From Candidatus Hydrogenedentales bacterium (GTDB taxonomy: Bacteria > Hydrogenedentota > Hydrogenedentia > Hydrogenedentales > GCA-2746185): a DNA stretch of 64,000 bases. Each line of letters begins with the position of its first letter. The first letter of the stretch is position 1. The DNA is taken from contig JBCLBO010000001.1 in NCBI GenBank assembly GCA_038916785.1, positions 1,676 to 65,675 on the forward strand, given 5' to 3'. The translations under genes and the position numbers were made by a program. Below the pieces are notes generated by a model. That model saw only the letters and a list, made by a program, of their open reading frames with translations, had not been told where the DNA came from and did no database searches. This document shows, one piece after another, positions 40,276 to 48,865 of this stretch.

Positions 40276-40785
40276 CTACTCTTCCGGCACGCCCATGTGC
40301 TCCCAGAGATACTGGACGTGATACATGTCCAAATGCCCAAAGAGTTCATTACAAACGTTCAGCAGTTTCGGGACCGCGTACGCGTATTGGCTCCGCTTCA
40401 CCGCCATGCTCACGCTGAGCGCGGAGCGCCGGTTCTGCGCACTCACGACCGCCTTCGCCGGATCGACCCGGCGATGCGCCGGTAGCTTCTTGTCCGCACG
40501 TCCCGCGATGAACCGGAGGACCGCTTCCTCAACGCGCGATTTCGCCGGGACGCCCGGCAGCAGATCCTTCAGCGTCAGCGTCGCCGCGACGGGATCGAAA
40601 ATCAGGTTGAACCGGCGATCCAGCAGCCACGTAAATCGGAACTCGGTCTTCCCGCCGCGCAGCGCGCGCTCCTCAAACTCGCGCAACACGCCCCGAGTCG
40701 CATACGCCAGCAATCGCTCACGAACGACCAACGTGTGCCGTTCCGGCACACCCACCCTTGTTTCGCGCTTCGCCATCGCCGCCAA
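40276..40785 (-). CDS. Hypothetical protein (169 aa)
   Basis: Clean ORF with balanced composition. No family recognised. Confidence 0.5.
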   Translation of the reverse strand: MAAMAKRETRVGVPERHTLVVRERLLAYATRGVLREFEERALRGGKTEFRFTWLLDRRFNLIFDPVAATLTLKDLLPGVPAKSRVEEAVLRFIAGRADKKLPAHRRVDPAKAVVSAQNRRSALSVSMAVKRSQYAYAVPKLLNVCNELFGHLDMYHVQYLWEHMGVPEE

Positions 40786-40935
40786 CTCTGGTCTCGCACC
40801 CAGAAAAAGTGGAAGCGGCGTCCCGCCGCTTCGTCCCTACCTCGCGCCCAGTCTCCCGAGTGCAACAACTCATCACACTATATAGGGACACACGCGAAGA
40901 CAGGAATCAGAGGATACCGGCTCTACCCAAAACAA

Positions 40936-40963
40936 GGTAGGGCGGGTCATGACCCGCCCCACC
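40936..40963. repeat. REP family C copy (GGTAGGGCGGGTCATGACCCGCCCCACC)
   Basis: Matches the core of 7058-7100. Confidence 0.75.
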
Positions 40964-41034
40964 AAAATCGCAAAGCAAGAATCCCTAACGGGAACTATCG
41001 GAGTTCACCACTGTGCATCGGTGGACAATTGGCT

Positions 41035-42984
41035 CTAATGGTTATACGCCATCACGCCCGGCTCGACCTTGCCCAGCATTCCCGGCGGGAAGTCGCGCTC
41101 GATCCAAAATTCCTTCTTCGCCTGGCAATTGATCACGCAAGGCTTGCGGTCGTTCACGGCCACCTGCCAGCAGCGTTCGAGCGCCGGCGTGAACTGTTCC
41201 GGCGCGGTGACGTATTCGCCATAACCGCCCAGCGCCTCGGCCACCTTGTCGTAGCGCAGGTTTTCCTGAAACAGGTGCATGTGCCCAGCGCGCGGCATCC
41301 GCGAATAGCCCGCCCAAGTGCCCCACGCGTTGTTGTTGTACACAATCACGATGGCAGGGATTTTGTACTTCGCCATCGTCTCGATCTCGAACGCGGAATA
41401 TCCAAAGCCCGCGTCGCCCGTGATCCCGATCACCGGCCCGCCCTGATACGCCTTCTGCGCGCCCACGCCGAGGTCCGTCGCCACGCCCACGCCCAGCGTA
41501 TAGCCGACATCCGGCCCAATCGATCCGTACTGGTACGCGCCGTTGCAGATTTGCCCCGGCCGGAATGCGCGCAGGCGCCGCCGCGTGTAGCGGCCAATCC
41601 CGAATCCGCCCGACGCCACCGTCGTCTGGTCCGGCGGCAGCTTGCCCTTGTACAAAAAGTTCGCAAGCTCGGTTGCGATCACCGCCGGATGCACCGCGTC
41701 GGTGTAGCCCTTACCCAGAGCATAGTGCTCGTCATTCTCCTTCTCGAAGGCGTCGCGCGCCGCGGCCACCTCGGCCACCCACGCATCGTGCTTCATCGCC
41801 GGGCACTTGTCCGCCAGCGCCTCGAGCGCGGCCTTCTCGCAACTGATAATGCCCACGTCGATCGGAATGTTTCGCCCGATGTCCCGGCCCTCCGGCTCGA
41901 TGCGGACGTACTTACAATTGATGTCGAAGGGATACTCGCCGAGCCCCGGCATACAATACTGCCCGACGAAAATCGCAAGATCGACGCTGAACATCGCCGT
42001 GGGCGCCGTGCTCGCCGAGAGCGGGTGCGCGTCCGAGAAATGCCCGCGCATCGGGCCCGAATCCGCCACGGGAATCTGCGCCTTCTCGGCAAAGGTCTTC
42101 AACGCGTCCCAGGCCTTGCTGTAAAACACGCCCGTGCTCGCGATGATCAGCGGGCGCTGCGCCTGCTTGATCAAGTCCAGCACGCGATCGATATCCTTCG
42201 GGTCCGGGTGCGGCCGCGAGTCTGTCCGATACTTGTCGCGGCCCCAATACGCGTCGAGGTCGGTCGCGCTCTCGATCGCGGATTCGCGGCCCGTCGCCTC
42301 ACTCACAAAGTCGAGGTGCACCGGCCCCGGCACACCCGTCTTCAACTGCCGAAACGCGTATCCCGCGTACTCATGCACGCGCTCCTTCGTCACGATGCGC
42401 TTGCCGTATTTCTTGATGCCCTCCGTCAGCGGCTGCTGGTAGCCGCGCTGGATGCCGCGCTCCGTGTCATCGCCGCGCAGCGTCATGTTGCTCGCCAGCA
42501 CCAGCAGCGGCGTGCGGCACGCATTCGCCGCCGCGATCGCGCAAATCATGTTCGTGAAGCCGGGGCCCTCCGTCCCCGAGGTCGCCGCCACCTCCCCCGT
42601 CACCCGGATGAACGCATCCGCCGCCGAGCACATCGGCCCCTCGCCGCGCCCGCCGTAACTCGGAATGCCCGCGTTCGCCAGCGCGCTCACAATCTCGTAA
42701 TTGCCGGGGCAGCAGAACAGCGCCGAGAGGCCCTCCTCCTTGCACACCTGCGCGAAGATGTCGCCGCCCGTCGCCGGGAACGCGAACGCTTTCACGGGAG
42801 CCGCGGTGATCTCCTCGAAGGTCTTCGGCCGCGCGATCGCGCGCCCCGGAGCGTCCGGAGTGGCGGCCTTGGCCGCGCCGCCTGCAAAGGCCGCTGCGCC
42901 CGCGCCCAGCGCGGCAGTCTTCATAAAGTCGCGCCGGCTTTCGTTCGGCACCTTGGGTGGTCTCCCGCTGCGTCGTTCGCTCAT
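41035..42984 (-). CDS. Thiamine-pyrophosphate-dependent enzyme (acetolactate-synthase/pyruvate-oxidase-like fold) with twin-arginine signal peptide
   Basis: The N-terminus [25 protein letters not shown] is a canonical Tat motif (S-R-R-x-F-x-K) followed by an h-region. TPP N-domain [33 protein letters not shown]-binding motif [11 protein letters not shown]...[10 protein letters not shown]. Confidence 0.85.
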   Translation of the reverse strand: MSERRSGRPPKVPNESRRDFMKTAALGAGAAAFAGGAAKAATPDAPGRAIARPKTFEEITAAPVKAFAFPATGGDIFAQVCKEEGLSALFCCPGNYEIVSALANAGIPSYGGRGEGPMCSAADAFIRVTGEVAATSGTEGPGFTNMICAIAAANACRTPLLVLASNMTLRGDDTERGIQRGYQQPLTEGIKKYGKRIVTKERVHEYAGYAFRQLKTGVPGPVHLDFVSEATGRESAIESATDLDAYWGRDKYRTDSRPHPDPKDIDRVLDLIKQAQRPLIIASTGVFYSKAWDALKTFAEKAQIPVADSGPMRGHFSDAHPLSASTAPTAMFSVDLAIFVGQYCMPGLGEYPFDINCKYVRIEPEGRDIGRNIPIDVGIISCEKAALEALADKCPAMKHDAWVAEVAAARDAFEKENDEHYALGKGYTDAVHPAVIATELANFLYKGKLPPDQTTVASGGFGIGRYTRRRLRAFRPGQICNGAYQYGSIGPDVGYTLGVGVATDLGVGAQKAYQGGPVIGITGDAGFGYSAFEIETMAKYKIPAIVIVYNNNAWGTWAGYSRMPRAGHMHLFQENLRYDKVAEALGGYGEYVTAPEQFTPALERCWQVAVNDRKPCVINCQAKKEFWIERDFPPGMLGKVEPGVMAYNH

Positions 42985-43029
42985 CGCCCGTGTCCTCCGA
43001 AACGCCCATGCGTTCTATCGCCGCCACGC

Positions 43030-43773
43030 CTACTTCTTCTTCTCAAAGCTCCGTAAATAATTCACCACATGCCAAGTCTTCTCATCGTCAAGCTGATCCT
43101 TGAACGGCTTCATATCGTACTCCGTGCCGTTCTTGATAATCAGGAACAAATTACCGTCCTTGTTCCCATACTTCCACTCGCCATCCGTCAGGTCGCTCGG
43201 GTGCGTGCTGAGAAACTCCCGCATCTCCGTATCGCCCTTCCCGTTCGCGCCATGGCACACCACGCAAGCCCGCACATAATACTGCTTGCCCAGCGCGACG
43301 GATTCCGGCGAATAGGGAATCGGGTTGGAGGGAGCCTCCTCCGCGGCCGCCGCCGTTGCACCGTCAGCCGCCGCGCCCGTCGAGAACGTGCGAATGTAAT
43401 TCACGATATGCCAGATACGGTCGTCCGGAACCTTGTCCGAAAAAGGCTGCATCCCGTTCTGACCGCCGTCCTTGATTACACTAAAAATCTCGCCGTCACT
43501 CGCGCCGTACTTCCACTCAGCGTCCATGAACGAAGCCGGCGGCACATCCAAATTCTCCGTCATGTCCGTCTTGCCCGAACCGTCCGCCGCATGGCACGTG
43601 ATGCAGTAGCGGCCATAAGCCATTTGCCCCTGCTTGATCGACTGCTCATTCGCTTCAACCGGATTCCTCAGCTCTTCAGAGGCCGCATGGGTCCCCGGCT
43701 GCCGCGGTTCAGCCCCAGCCAAGCCCGCCACAATGCAACAAGCCGTCACTATATATAAGGAGAAATACTGCAT
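43030..43773 (-). CDS. Diheme c-type cytochrome (secreted)
   Basis: Two CxxCH sites (CITCHAADGSG and CVVCHGANGKG), each with a downstream Met-containing class-I pattern (GMQPF and MKPF). The signal or lipoprotein-like N-terminus is MQYFSLYIVTACCIVAGLAGA. ATG at 43773. The longer ORF-track N-terminus was rejected. Confidence 0.8.
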   Translation of the reverse strand: MQYFSLYIVTACCIVAGLAGAEPRQPGTHAASEELRNPVEANEQSIKQGQMAYGRYCITCHAADGSGKTDMTENLDVPPASFMDAEWKYGASDGEIFSVIKDGGQNGMQPFSDKVPDDRIWHIVNYIRTFSTGAAADGATAAAAEEAPSNPIPYSPESVALGKQYYVRACVVCHGANGKGDTEMREFLSTHPSDLTDGEWKYGNKDGNLFLIIKNGTEYDMKPFKDQLDDEKTWHVVNYLRSFEKKK

Positions 43774-44134
43774 GGAGCCCAAACAACCTCCCAACAATCC
43801 ACCCAAAAACTCGACGCGACACGATAGCCCGGCATTCAATGTAGTATCAAGACCTTCCCCTGGGAGGATTAAACAGCCTGTTGCGGTACCTGTAGGCGTC
43901 AACTCCTCGACGCCAATTCCACCTTCCTTGTCATTCTGAGTTCCCCACCGGCCTTTGACCGGAGTCTGTGGAGAGAAAAACACGTCCTTCGGTGGCGTCG
44001 GCCTCCGGCCGATGAAGAATGAGCCGAAATCTCCGTTTCCCGCCGAGTATCGGTCCTCATACCTCAAAGCCAGGCCGCCCCCCACGGGCTGGAAGCCCGC
44101 GCCACCAAAACCCTCCGAACCGTTGCGCGGCAAC

Positions 44135-45007
44135 TTATTCATGTTTGTCAACACCCAGAATACTCTCGTAACCCCGCGCGGCATTGCGATACAACATTGT
44201 GTACCCACTCGTCCGCAACCGCGCATTCGAACATCTTCGGTTATGCGCCGCCCGTCCTCGCATCTGTGGTTCGTCCGAGAATGGGGGAGGAGCCACCCCT
44301 ATCCGCTCGGCAATCCATTCCACCAACGCATTGTACTCCTGCGGTTCGTCGTCCACCCCAACATACACGCGCGCGGGCTGCGCCAGTCTCATCACGTGCA
44401 TCAGCGCGCCAACAATGTCGTCGCGATGAATCAGATTCATGTACCGGGTTCTGTTGCGTTCCCGCCGCCCCTCGCCGCGCCGCACGCGATCGATCAACCC
44501 CGACCGCCCCGGACCATAAATCCCGCCCAACCGCAGCGCGACCGTCTCAAACGGACCCGCCGCGAGGATCGCTTCCGCCTCCAACAACCGCTTCCCGCTG
44601 AACGAGTCCGGCTCCGCCGGCGAATCCTCGTCCACCCAACTCCCATCCGTCTGCGCATACACCGCCGTCGACGACGTGAAAATCACACGCCGAGGCGGCG
44701 CGGAGAGCTCGCCAATCGCGGCCAACAAATTCCGGAGCCCATCCACATACGCCGCGCGATACGCCTCGTCCGTATGCGCCGAGGATCCCGCCGTGTAGAA
44801 CACCGTATCGAAGGGCCCCGGAAGATCGCGCAACGTCTCCGCGCGCGAGAGATCCGCCCTCACCCCGCGAATCGACGGCGGCAGCGACGCAACGTCCCGC
44901 CGCAATCCGTAGACCCTACAACCTTCAGCCGCAAGCCGCTCGCCCAGCGCAGTCCCGACATACCCGCAACCAACGATGAGAATGCGTGAATCCCGACCTA
45001 AATTCAT
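44135..45007 (-). CDS. NAD-dependent epimerase/dehydratase (SDR) family protein
   Basis: RILIVGCGYVGTALGERL is a Rossmann motif, and the layout is that of an extended SDR. ATG at 45007. The ORF-track extension covers a REP. Confidence 0.85.
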   Translation of the reverse strand: MNLGRDSRILIVGCGYVGTALGERLAAEGCRVYGLRRDVASLPPSIRGVRADLSRAETLRDLPGPFDTVFYTAGSSAHTDEAYRAAYVDGLRNLLAAIGELSAPPRRVIFTSSTAVYAQTDGSWVDEDSPAEPDSFSGKRLLEAEAILAAGPFETVALRLGGIYGPGRSGLIDRVRRGEGRRERNRTRYMNLIHRDDIVGALMHVMRLAQPARVYVGVDDEPQEYNALVEWIAERIGVAPPPFSDEPQMRGRAAHNRRCSNARLRTSGYTMLYRNAARGYESILGVDKHE

Positions 45008-45152
45008 CGAGTAAAACCCCCGAGCAAGGCGCCCAACCTCCGTAGCATGGGCGGCCCGCCCATGCGGATCCACGGAGACCGCCCAGGGTTGTGCCAAACG
45101 CTCTGCATCGCCCAACGCAAAAGAGCGACCCGCCAATACTCACCTTCTGCCA

Positions 45153-45803
45153 TCAGTTCGCGGGCGGAGGAACGCGGTTCGGCTCAGCCTGGTTCTCCGC
45201 GCTCGGCGCCGAAGGGTCCGGCGCGAAATGGCGTTCCGGGATTCCTTGCGGCGGCTCGCTCGTCTCCACGGGCGGCGCAGACGGATTTCGATTCTTCATC
45301 TCATCCAGCGGACGATACTCGCGCGACCCGCGATCGCGCTCGGGTCCTCCCGGTCGCGGCGGCCCACCCGAACGGTACTTAAACGCACGCTCGCGCGCCC
45401 GCTTCCAAGTCTCTTCCCATTTCTTTTGCTGGTCGGGAGTCAGCACGCGCGCCACTTGGTCGTGAAAATCGCGGAAAAAAGCGTGCGCCTGCGCGCGATG
45501 CTGCCCGCGCACCTCATCGAGTTCTTCCCGCGCGTCCTTGAAAATCTTGCCCAGCTCCGACTTCTGGTCCTTCGTCAGCTTGAGGTCCTTCTCCATGCGC
45601 GAGAGGATGCGATTGGAAAACATGTCCGGCCGGCGGCGCATCTCGTCCGCATACCGGCGGATGCCCACCACCGTCAGCCCGCTCCCGATCACCATGCCCG
45701 ACACCAGCACCACGGTGCCGAGCGCGACCGTCTTCATCCACGAGCGGCGCGGCATCTGCAGCGGGCCTTGGGCGGCCGGCGATGGGAGGGGAGTGTCAGC
45801 CAT
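45153..45803 (-). CDS. Periplasmic Spy/CpxP-like (LTXXQ-motif) protein with membrane anchor
   Basis: TM or signal segment WMKTVALGTVVLVSGMVIGSGL. Two LTxxQ motifs (LTKDQKSEL and LTPDQQKKW). Last gene of the ECF sigma operon. Confidence 0.6.
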   Translation of the reverse strand: MADTPLPSPAAQGPLQMPRRSWMKTVALGTVVLVSGMVIGSGLTVVGIRRYADEMRRRPDMFSNRILSRMEKDLKLTKDQKSELGKIFKDAREELDEVRGQHRAQAHAFFRDFHDQVARVLTPDQQKKWEETWKRARERAFKYRSGGPPRPGGPERDRGSREYRPLDEMKNRNPSAPPVETSEPPQGIPERHFAPDPSAPSAENQAEPNRVPPPAN

Positions 45804-45806
45804 GCG

Positions 45807-46082
45807 TCAGATGACGGAAGCGTCCGCTTCCGCCAGGAACTCCGTCAACGGATCGAGCGCGCCACTCACATACGGCATGGAAATCATCGCAACCACCACC
45901 GCCGCCGCCAGCGCCCCGGCCGCGAGCCAATACATCGGACGCTCAGACGCGCTCTCGCCCTGCGGCGCGCGCAACCGGCGCAGCACCGCCGCCGTCACAT
46001 CCACACGCGGCGCCGCCTCCATGCGCGCGCGGGCCGCGATCGCCGCGATCCGCCCGTCGAACCCGCCCTCATCCTCGCTCAT
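45807..46082 (-). CDS. Putative anti-sigma factor (single-pass membrane)
   Basis: Overlaps the 3' end of the sigma gene. Has a C-terminal TM helix (YWLAAGALAAAVVVAMISM). The call rests on position. Confidence 0.55.
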   Translation of the reverse strand: MSEDEGGFDGRIAAIAARARMEAAPRVDVTAAVLRRLRAPQGESASERPMYWLAAGALAAAVVVAMISMPYVSGALDPLTEFLAEADASVI

Positions 46083-46662
46083 ATCCCGCCTCCTCCAGCA
46101 GCGCACGCAATCGCTTGCGCGCGCGAAACGCCCTCACCTTCGCCAGCGTCCGGGTCCAACCCATCCGCTCCGCGATCCCCTTCATGTCCAACTCTTCAAA
46201 ATAATGCAACGTCAGCACCAGCCGATCCTCCGGCGGCAACTGCGCCAATATCCGGTGAAACCACGCCGCGGCCTCCGCCGGCGCCGGATCCGCCGGCAGC
46301 GCGACATCAATCCGCGGCTCCCGCGCCAGCGCTTCTTCCTTGCGCCGATCGCGCGCCTTCAATTTCCAGTGCCGATACCCGACCCGCGTCGCGATCCGCC
46401 GAAGCCAATGCAACAACGGCGACTGCCCGCGAAACTTCGCCAAGCCGAGATAGCACTCGACGAAGGCCTCCTGCACCAACTCCTCGACCACCACCGCGTC
46501 GCGCGAAAAGCGCCACATCTGCGCCGCGATCAAACCCTGATACCGCGCCACGATGCGCGCATACGCGTGCTCATCGCCGCGCAAACTCGCCTCGACATCG
46601 CGGCGATCCTCACCGCTGACCGGGCCCGTCACCGCCTCGGCCTCCAAGGCTCGCGTCCGCAT
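46069..46662 (-). CDS. ECF-type RNA polymerase sigma-70 factor
   Basis: Region 2 (YARIVARYQGLIAAQMWRFSRDAVVVEELVQEAFVECY) and region 4 (LPPEDRLVLTLHYFEELDMKGIAERMGWTRTLAKVRAFRARKRL). Confidence 0.9.
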   Translation of the reverse strand: MRTRALEAEAVTGPVSGEDRRDVEASLRGDEHAYARIVARYQGLIAAQMWRFSRDAVVVEELVQEAFVECYLGLAKFRGQSPLLHWLRRIATRVGYRHWKLKARDRRKEEALAREPRIDVALPADPAPAEAAAWFHRILAQLPPEDRLVLTLHYFEELDMKGIAERMGWTRTLAKVRAFRARKRLRALLEEAGYERG

Positions 46663-47008
46663 ACTCTGTGCGAATAGTGAACAAAACCCAAGAATCGGTT
46701 ACAAAACACAACACGAAATTCCTCCTAACACCCTGTGATTCAATAGGTTAGCAGGGCCTATGACCAATTACAATCAACCCAAAATCCATCTGCCTCCAGA
46801 CTTCTTCGTAGCATGGGCGGCCCGCCCATGCAGGCCCACGATCGAACCCAAAAACGCCTCCCGGAAAGACCCCGTTATCCCGTCCACCGGATGCATTTGA
46901 TCACTTCTTCGTTCTCTTCGTTTCCTTCCGTAAAGATTTTTGGGTGTACGATAGCGCCCAACGAACCCAACGAACCCAACGAACCGCGGCCACCCCACGA
47001 GGATTCCC

Positions 47009-47410
47009 ATGAACAAACTACCCGTCATCGCCGCAAGAATCCTCCTGGGCCTGCCGCTCGTAGTCTTCGGCCTAAACGGTTTCCTCGGCGTCATCCCCGT
47101 CCCCAAAACGACCCCTGAAGGCGAAGCCTTCCTCCGCGCACTCATCGACTCCGGCTACATGTTCCCATTCTGGAAAGGCACCGAAGTCATCTGCGGCCTC
47201 GCAATTCTCACCGGACTCTACCTGCCGCTCGCCCTCGTCATCATCACACCCGTCATGCTCAACATCATCGCATTCAACCTCTGGCTCGAACCCAACCCCT
47301 CCGTCATGGGTCTCGTAGCCCTGATGTCCGCCGCGCTCGCCTATCTCACCGCAAAAAATTGGCACGTCTATCGCCCCATGCTCGCCATCCGCCCGAACAA
47401 ATCCACCTGA
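47009..47410 (+). CDS. DoxX-like small membrane protein
   Basis: 133 aa with 4 TM helices. The N-terminus ARILLGLPLVVFGLNGF resembles DoxX-family proteins. Confidence 0.55.
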   Translation: MNKLPVIAARILLGLPLVVFGLNGFLGVIPVPKTTPEGEAFLRALIDSGYMFPFWKGTEVICGLAILTGLYLPLALVIITPVMLNIIAFNLWLEPNPSVMGLVALMSAALAYLTAKNWHVYRPMLAIRPNKST

Positions 47411-47415
47411 GGTTC

Positions 47416-47439
47416 GTAGCATCGGCCTCCGGCCGATGC
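47416..47439. repeat. REP family B copy (GTAGCATCGGCCTCCGGCCGATGC)
   Basis: GTAG head followed by a 9-bp stem hairpin. Same family as 8878-8976. Confidence 0.8.
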
Positions 47440-47689
47440 AGCGCGCACCCGGCGCGTTGCATTTTCATCGAATATTTCCCACTTCACACATATTTCCTCA
47501 ACCGTCGTCTGCTGAATCTCCCTTGTTCCGGTAATAACATACTTGACGCATCAATGCAACGAGATAGCAAGATAGAGAGTCTTTAAGTAGGGGAATCACA
47601 ATCGGGCCGTAATGTTCAGCTTTGGCACACTTGCGGAATAATTTGGGCGCACTTGAATTCCACACAGAGCGGCGTCTAAATTGTCAGGC

Positions 47690-47722
47690 AAAGTGATACA
47701 AAAGTGATACAAAAGTGATACA
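47690..47722. promoter_or_regulatory. Three perfect tandem 11-bp repeats AAAGTGATACA (candidate operator/iterons)
   Basis: Units lie at 47690-47700, 47701-47711 and 47712-47722, about 120 nt upstream of the SD-supported start of the Panacea gene. Confidence 0.4.
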
Positions 47723-47842
47723 ATGTACTACAGACGAAGTCTACCGGCATTTAGACCGGAGACGATGGAGACGTGGGCCATGACCAGCTTAACACGGTCG
47801 CAGGGGGCGGCTGGGGTCTTGGGTGAACCGGAGGCAGGGGTA

Positions 47843-48565
47843 ATGTCTACGCATGGACGAGGTGTGTCTGATTCAGGGGCTTGTTTTGATCGCCTTCGTA
47901 ATTTAATATTGTATGTGGCTCGCCAGAGCGAGGGGGACGAGCGGTTTGGTAGTACGAAGCTAAACAAAGAATTGTTCTACGTTGATTTTACTTCGTACAT
48001 CCGAACGGGGAAATCTGTAACGGGGGCTGAATATCGGCGTATCGAGCGCGGGCCTGCACCAACAGCCATGAAGCCTGTTCTTGATGCAATGGTGAGAGAG
48101 CAAGAGCTTGCTCTTGAATCGCGCGGATATTTTGGCTTTGGTCAGAAAGTACCTAGGGCGTTACGCGAGCCCGACACCTCTCTTTTTGCCGCGGATGAAT
48201 TGGCGCTTGTCCATGAGATTTTGGATCGGTTCCATCTCTTCAATGGCAAGCAGATTAGTAAACAGGCGTATCAGGATTTTGGTTTAAGTGACTACAGCGA
48301 GGGTGAAACGCTTCCGTATGAAATCGCCCTCGTTAGCAATGACGGATTTACTGAAAGAGAGATAAGACAGGCCCAAGCATTCGAGGATGAGTTGGTTGCT
48401 AATGATCGCGCTGGACGACCAAAATCGGCGTTGGGAGATCATAGAGTCGCACTTTTTTCGCGAATGTGTGCACAAGCATTGCGGCATCCACGACGAACGT
48501 ACCGATCAATACTTTCTGGACGGCGTGAAAAACAGGCTCGCGCACAATCCCTACATAGGGTTTAA
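47843..48565 (+). CDS. Panacea (DUF4065, SocA-like) domain antitoxin candidate
   Basis: FDRLRNLILYVARQSEGDERFGSTKLNKELFYVDFTSYIRTGKSVTGAEYRRIERGPAP matches my memory of the DUF4065 core. ATG at 47843 has GGAGG 9 nt upstream; the ORF track starts at 47723. The last ~59 codons are Arg-rich and overlap the next ORF. Confidence 0.7.
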   Translation: MSTHGRGVSDSGACFDRLRNLILYVARQSEGDERFGSTKLNKELFYVDFTSYIRTGKSVTGAEYRRIERGPAPTAMKPVLDAMVREQELALESRGYFGFGQKVPRALREPDTSLFAADELALVHEILDRFHLFNGKQISKQAYQDFGLSDYSEGETLPYEIALVSNDGFTEREIRQAQAFEDELVANDRAGRPKSALGDHRVALFSRMCAQALRHPRRTYRSILSGRREKQARAQSLHRV

Positions 48566-48722
48566 GTATCCACACTGGAAAACACGACTACTACGAACCA
48601 ATAGGGAGTCCGCCGGATGGCTCATGCCAATGGTCGTTCAGTATCAAATCGTGGACGACAAAAAGCGCATCGTGGAATTGATGAACTTGTTCCCGGCGAG
48701 CAAGAGCATGGGAATGCCTTAG
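48402..48722 (+). CDS. Candidate toxin partner (RelE/ParE-like pattern, unverified)
   Basis: WEIIESHFFRECV...RLAHNPYIGFKYPHWKTRLLRTN...VVQYQIVDDKKRIVELMNLF has a strand/helix pattern and a C-terminal vvYxIvDdxxxIxIlxi-type ending reminiscent of RelE/ParE toxins. The start is ATG at 48387 or 48402. Confidence 0.4.
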   Translation: MIALDDQNRRWEIIESHFFRECVHKHCGIHDERTDQYFLDGVKNRLAHNPYIGFKYPHWKTRLLRTNRESAGWLMPMVVQYQIVDDKKRIVELMNLFPASKSMGMP

Positions 48723-48865
48723 AGCGTTTCAAAAGCCTAGCTTCAAGGCTTATTACCGTCCCTAAGCGCGAGATTGACGAACAGGTGCGCAAGAAGAAGC
48801 GCCCGAAGAAAGCCTGACTACTTCTTCTTTCGCTTCGGCCCTCGCCCTGTAGACCGATCCACTAT

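Noticed and set aside
40881-40890. ATAGGGACA match to the family E motif as a possible right-hand att site of the R-M island
   Set aside because: The identity is only 9-10 bp and in inverted orientation. This is too short to separate from chance, so the island's right border is left at the compositional change near 40270.
40735-43056. 773-aa + strand ORF, the second longest reading frame in this part of the window
   Set aside because: It is antisense to the TPP enzyme, whose motifs (Tat signal, GDAG...NNN) are clear. The translated sequence is extremely Arg/His/Ala/Leu-rich and low in complexity.
43774-44226. Upstream extension of the cytochrome c ORF (398-aa version)
   Set aside because: The extension reads through REP fragments (for example 43995-44025) and overlaps the epimerase gene end. 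The true protein begins with a signal or lipoprotein-like sequence at 43773.
48617-48817. 66-aa ORF at the end of the TA passenger (C-terminus ...ERFKSLASRLITVPKREIDEQVRKKKRPKKA)
   Set aside because: It overlaps the candidate toxin by about 100 nt and has no clear RBS. Only the last ~30 aa look protein-like. The evidence is insufficient to call it a gene, although a short basic protein cannot be excluded.
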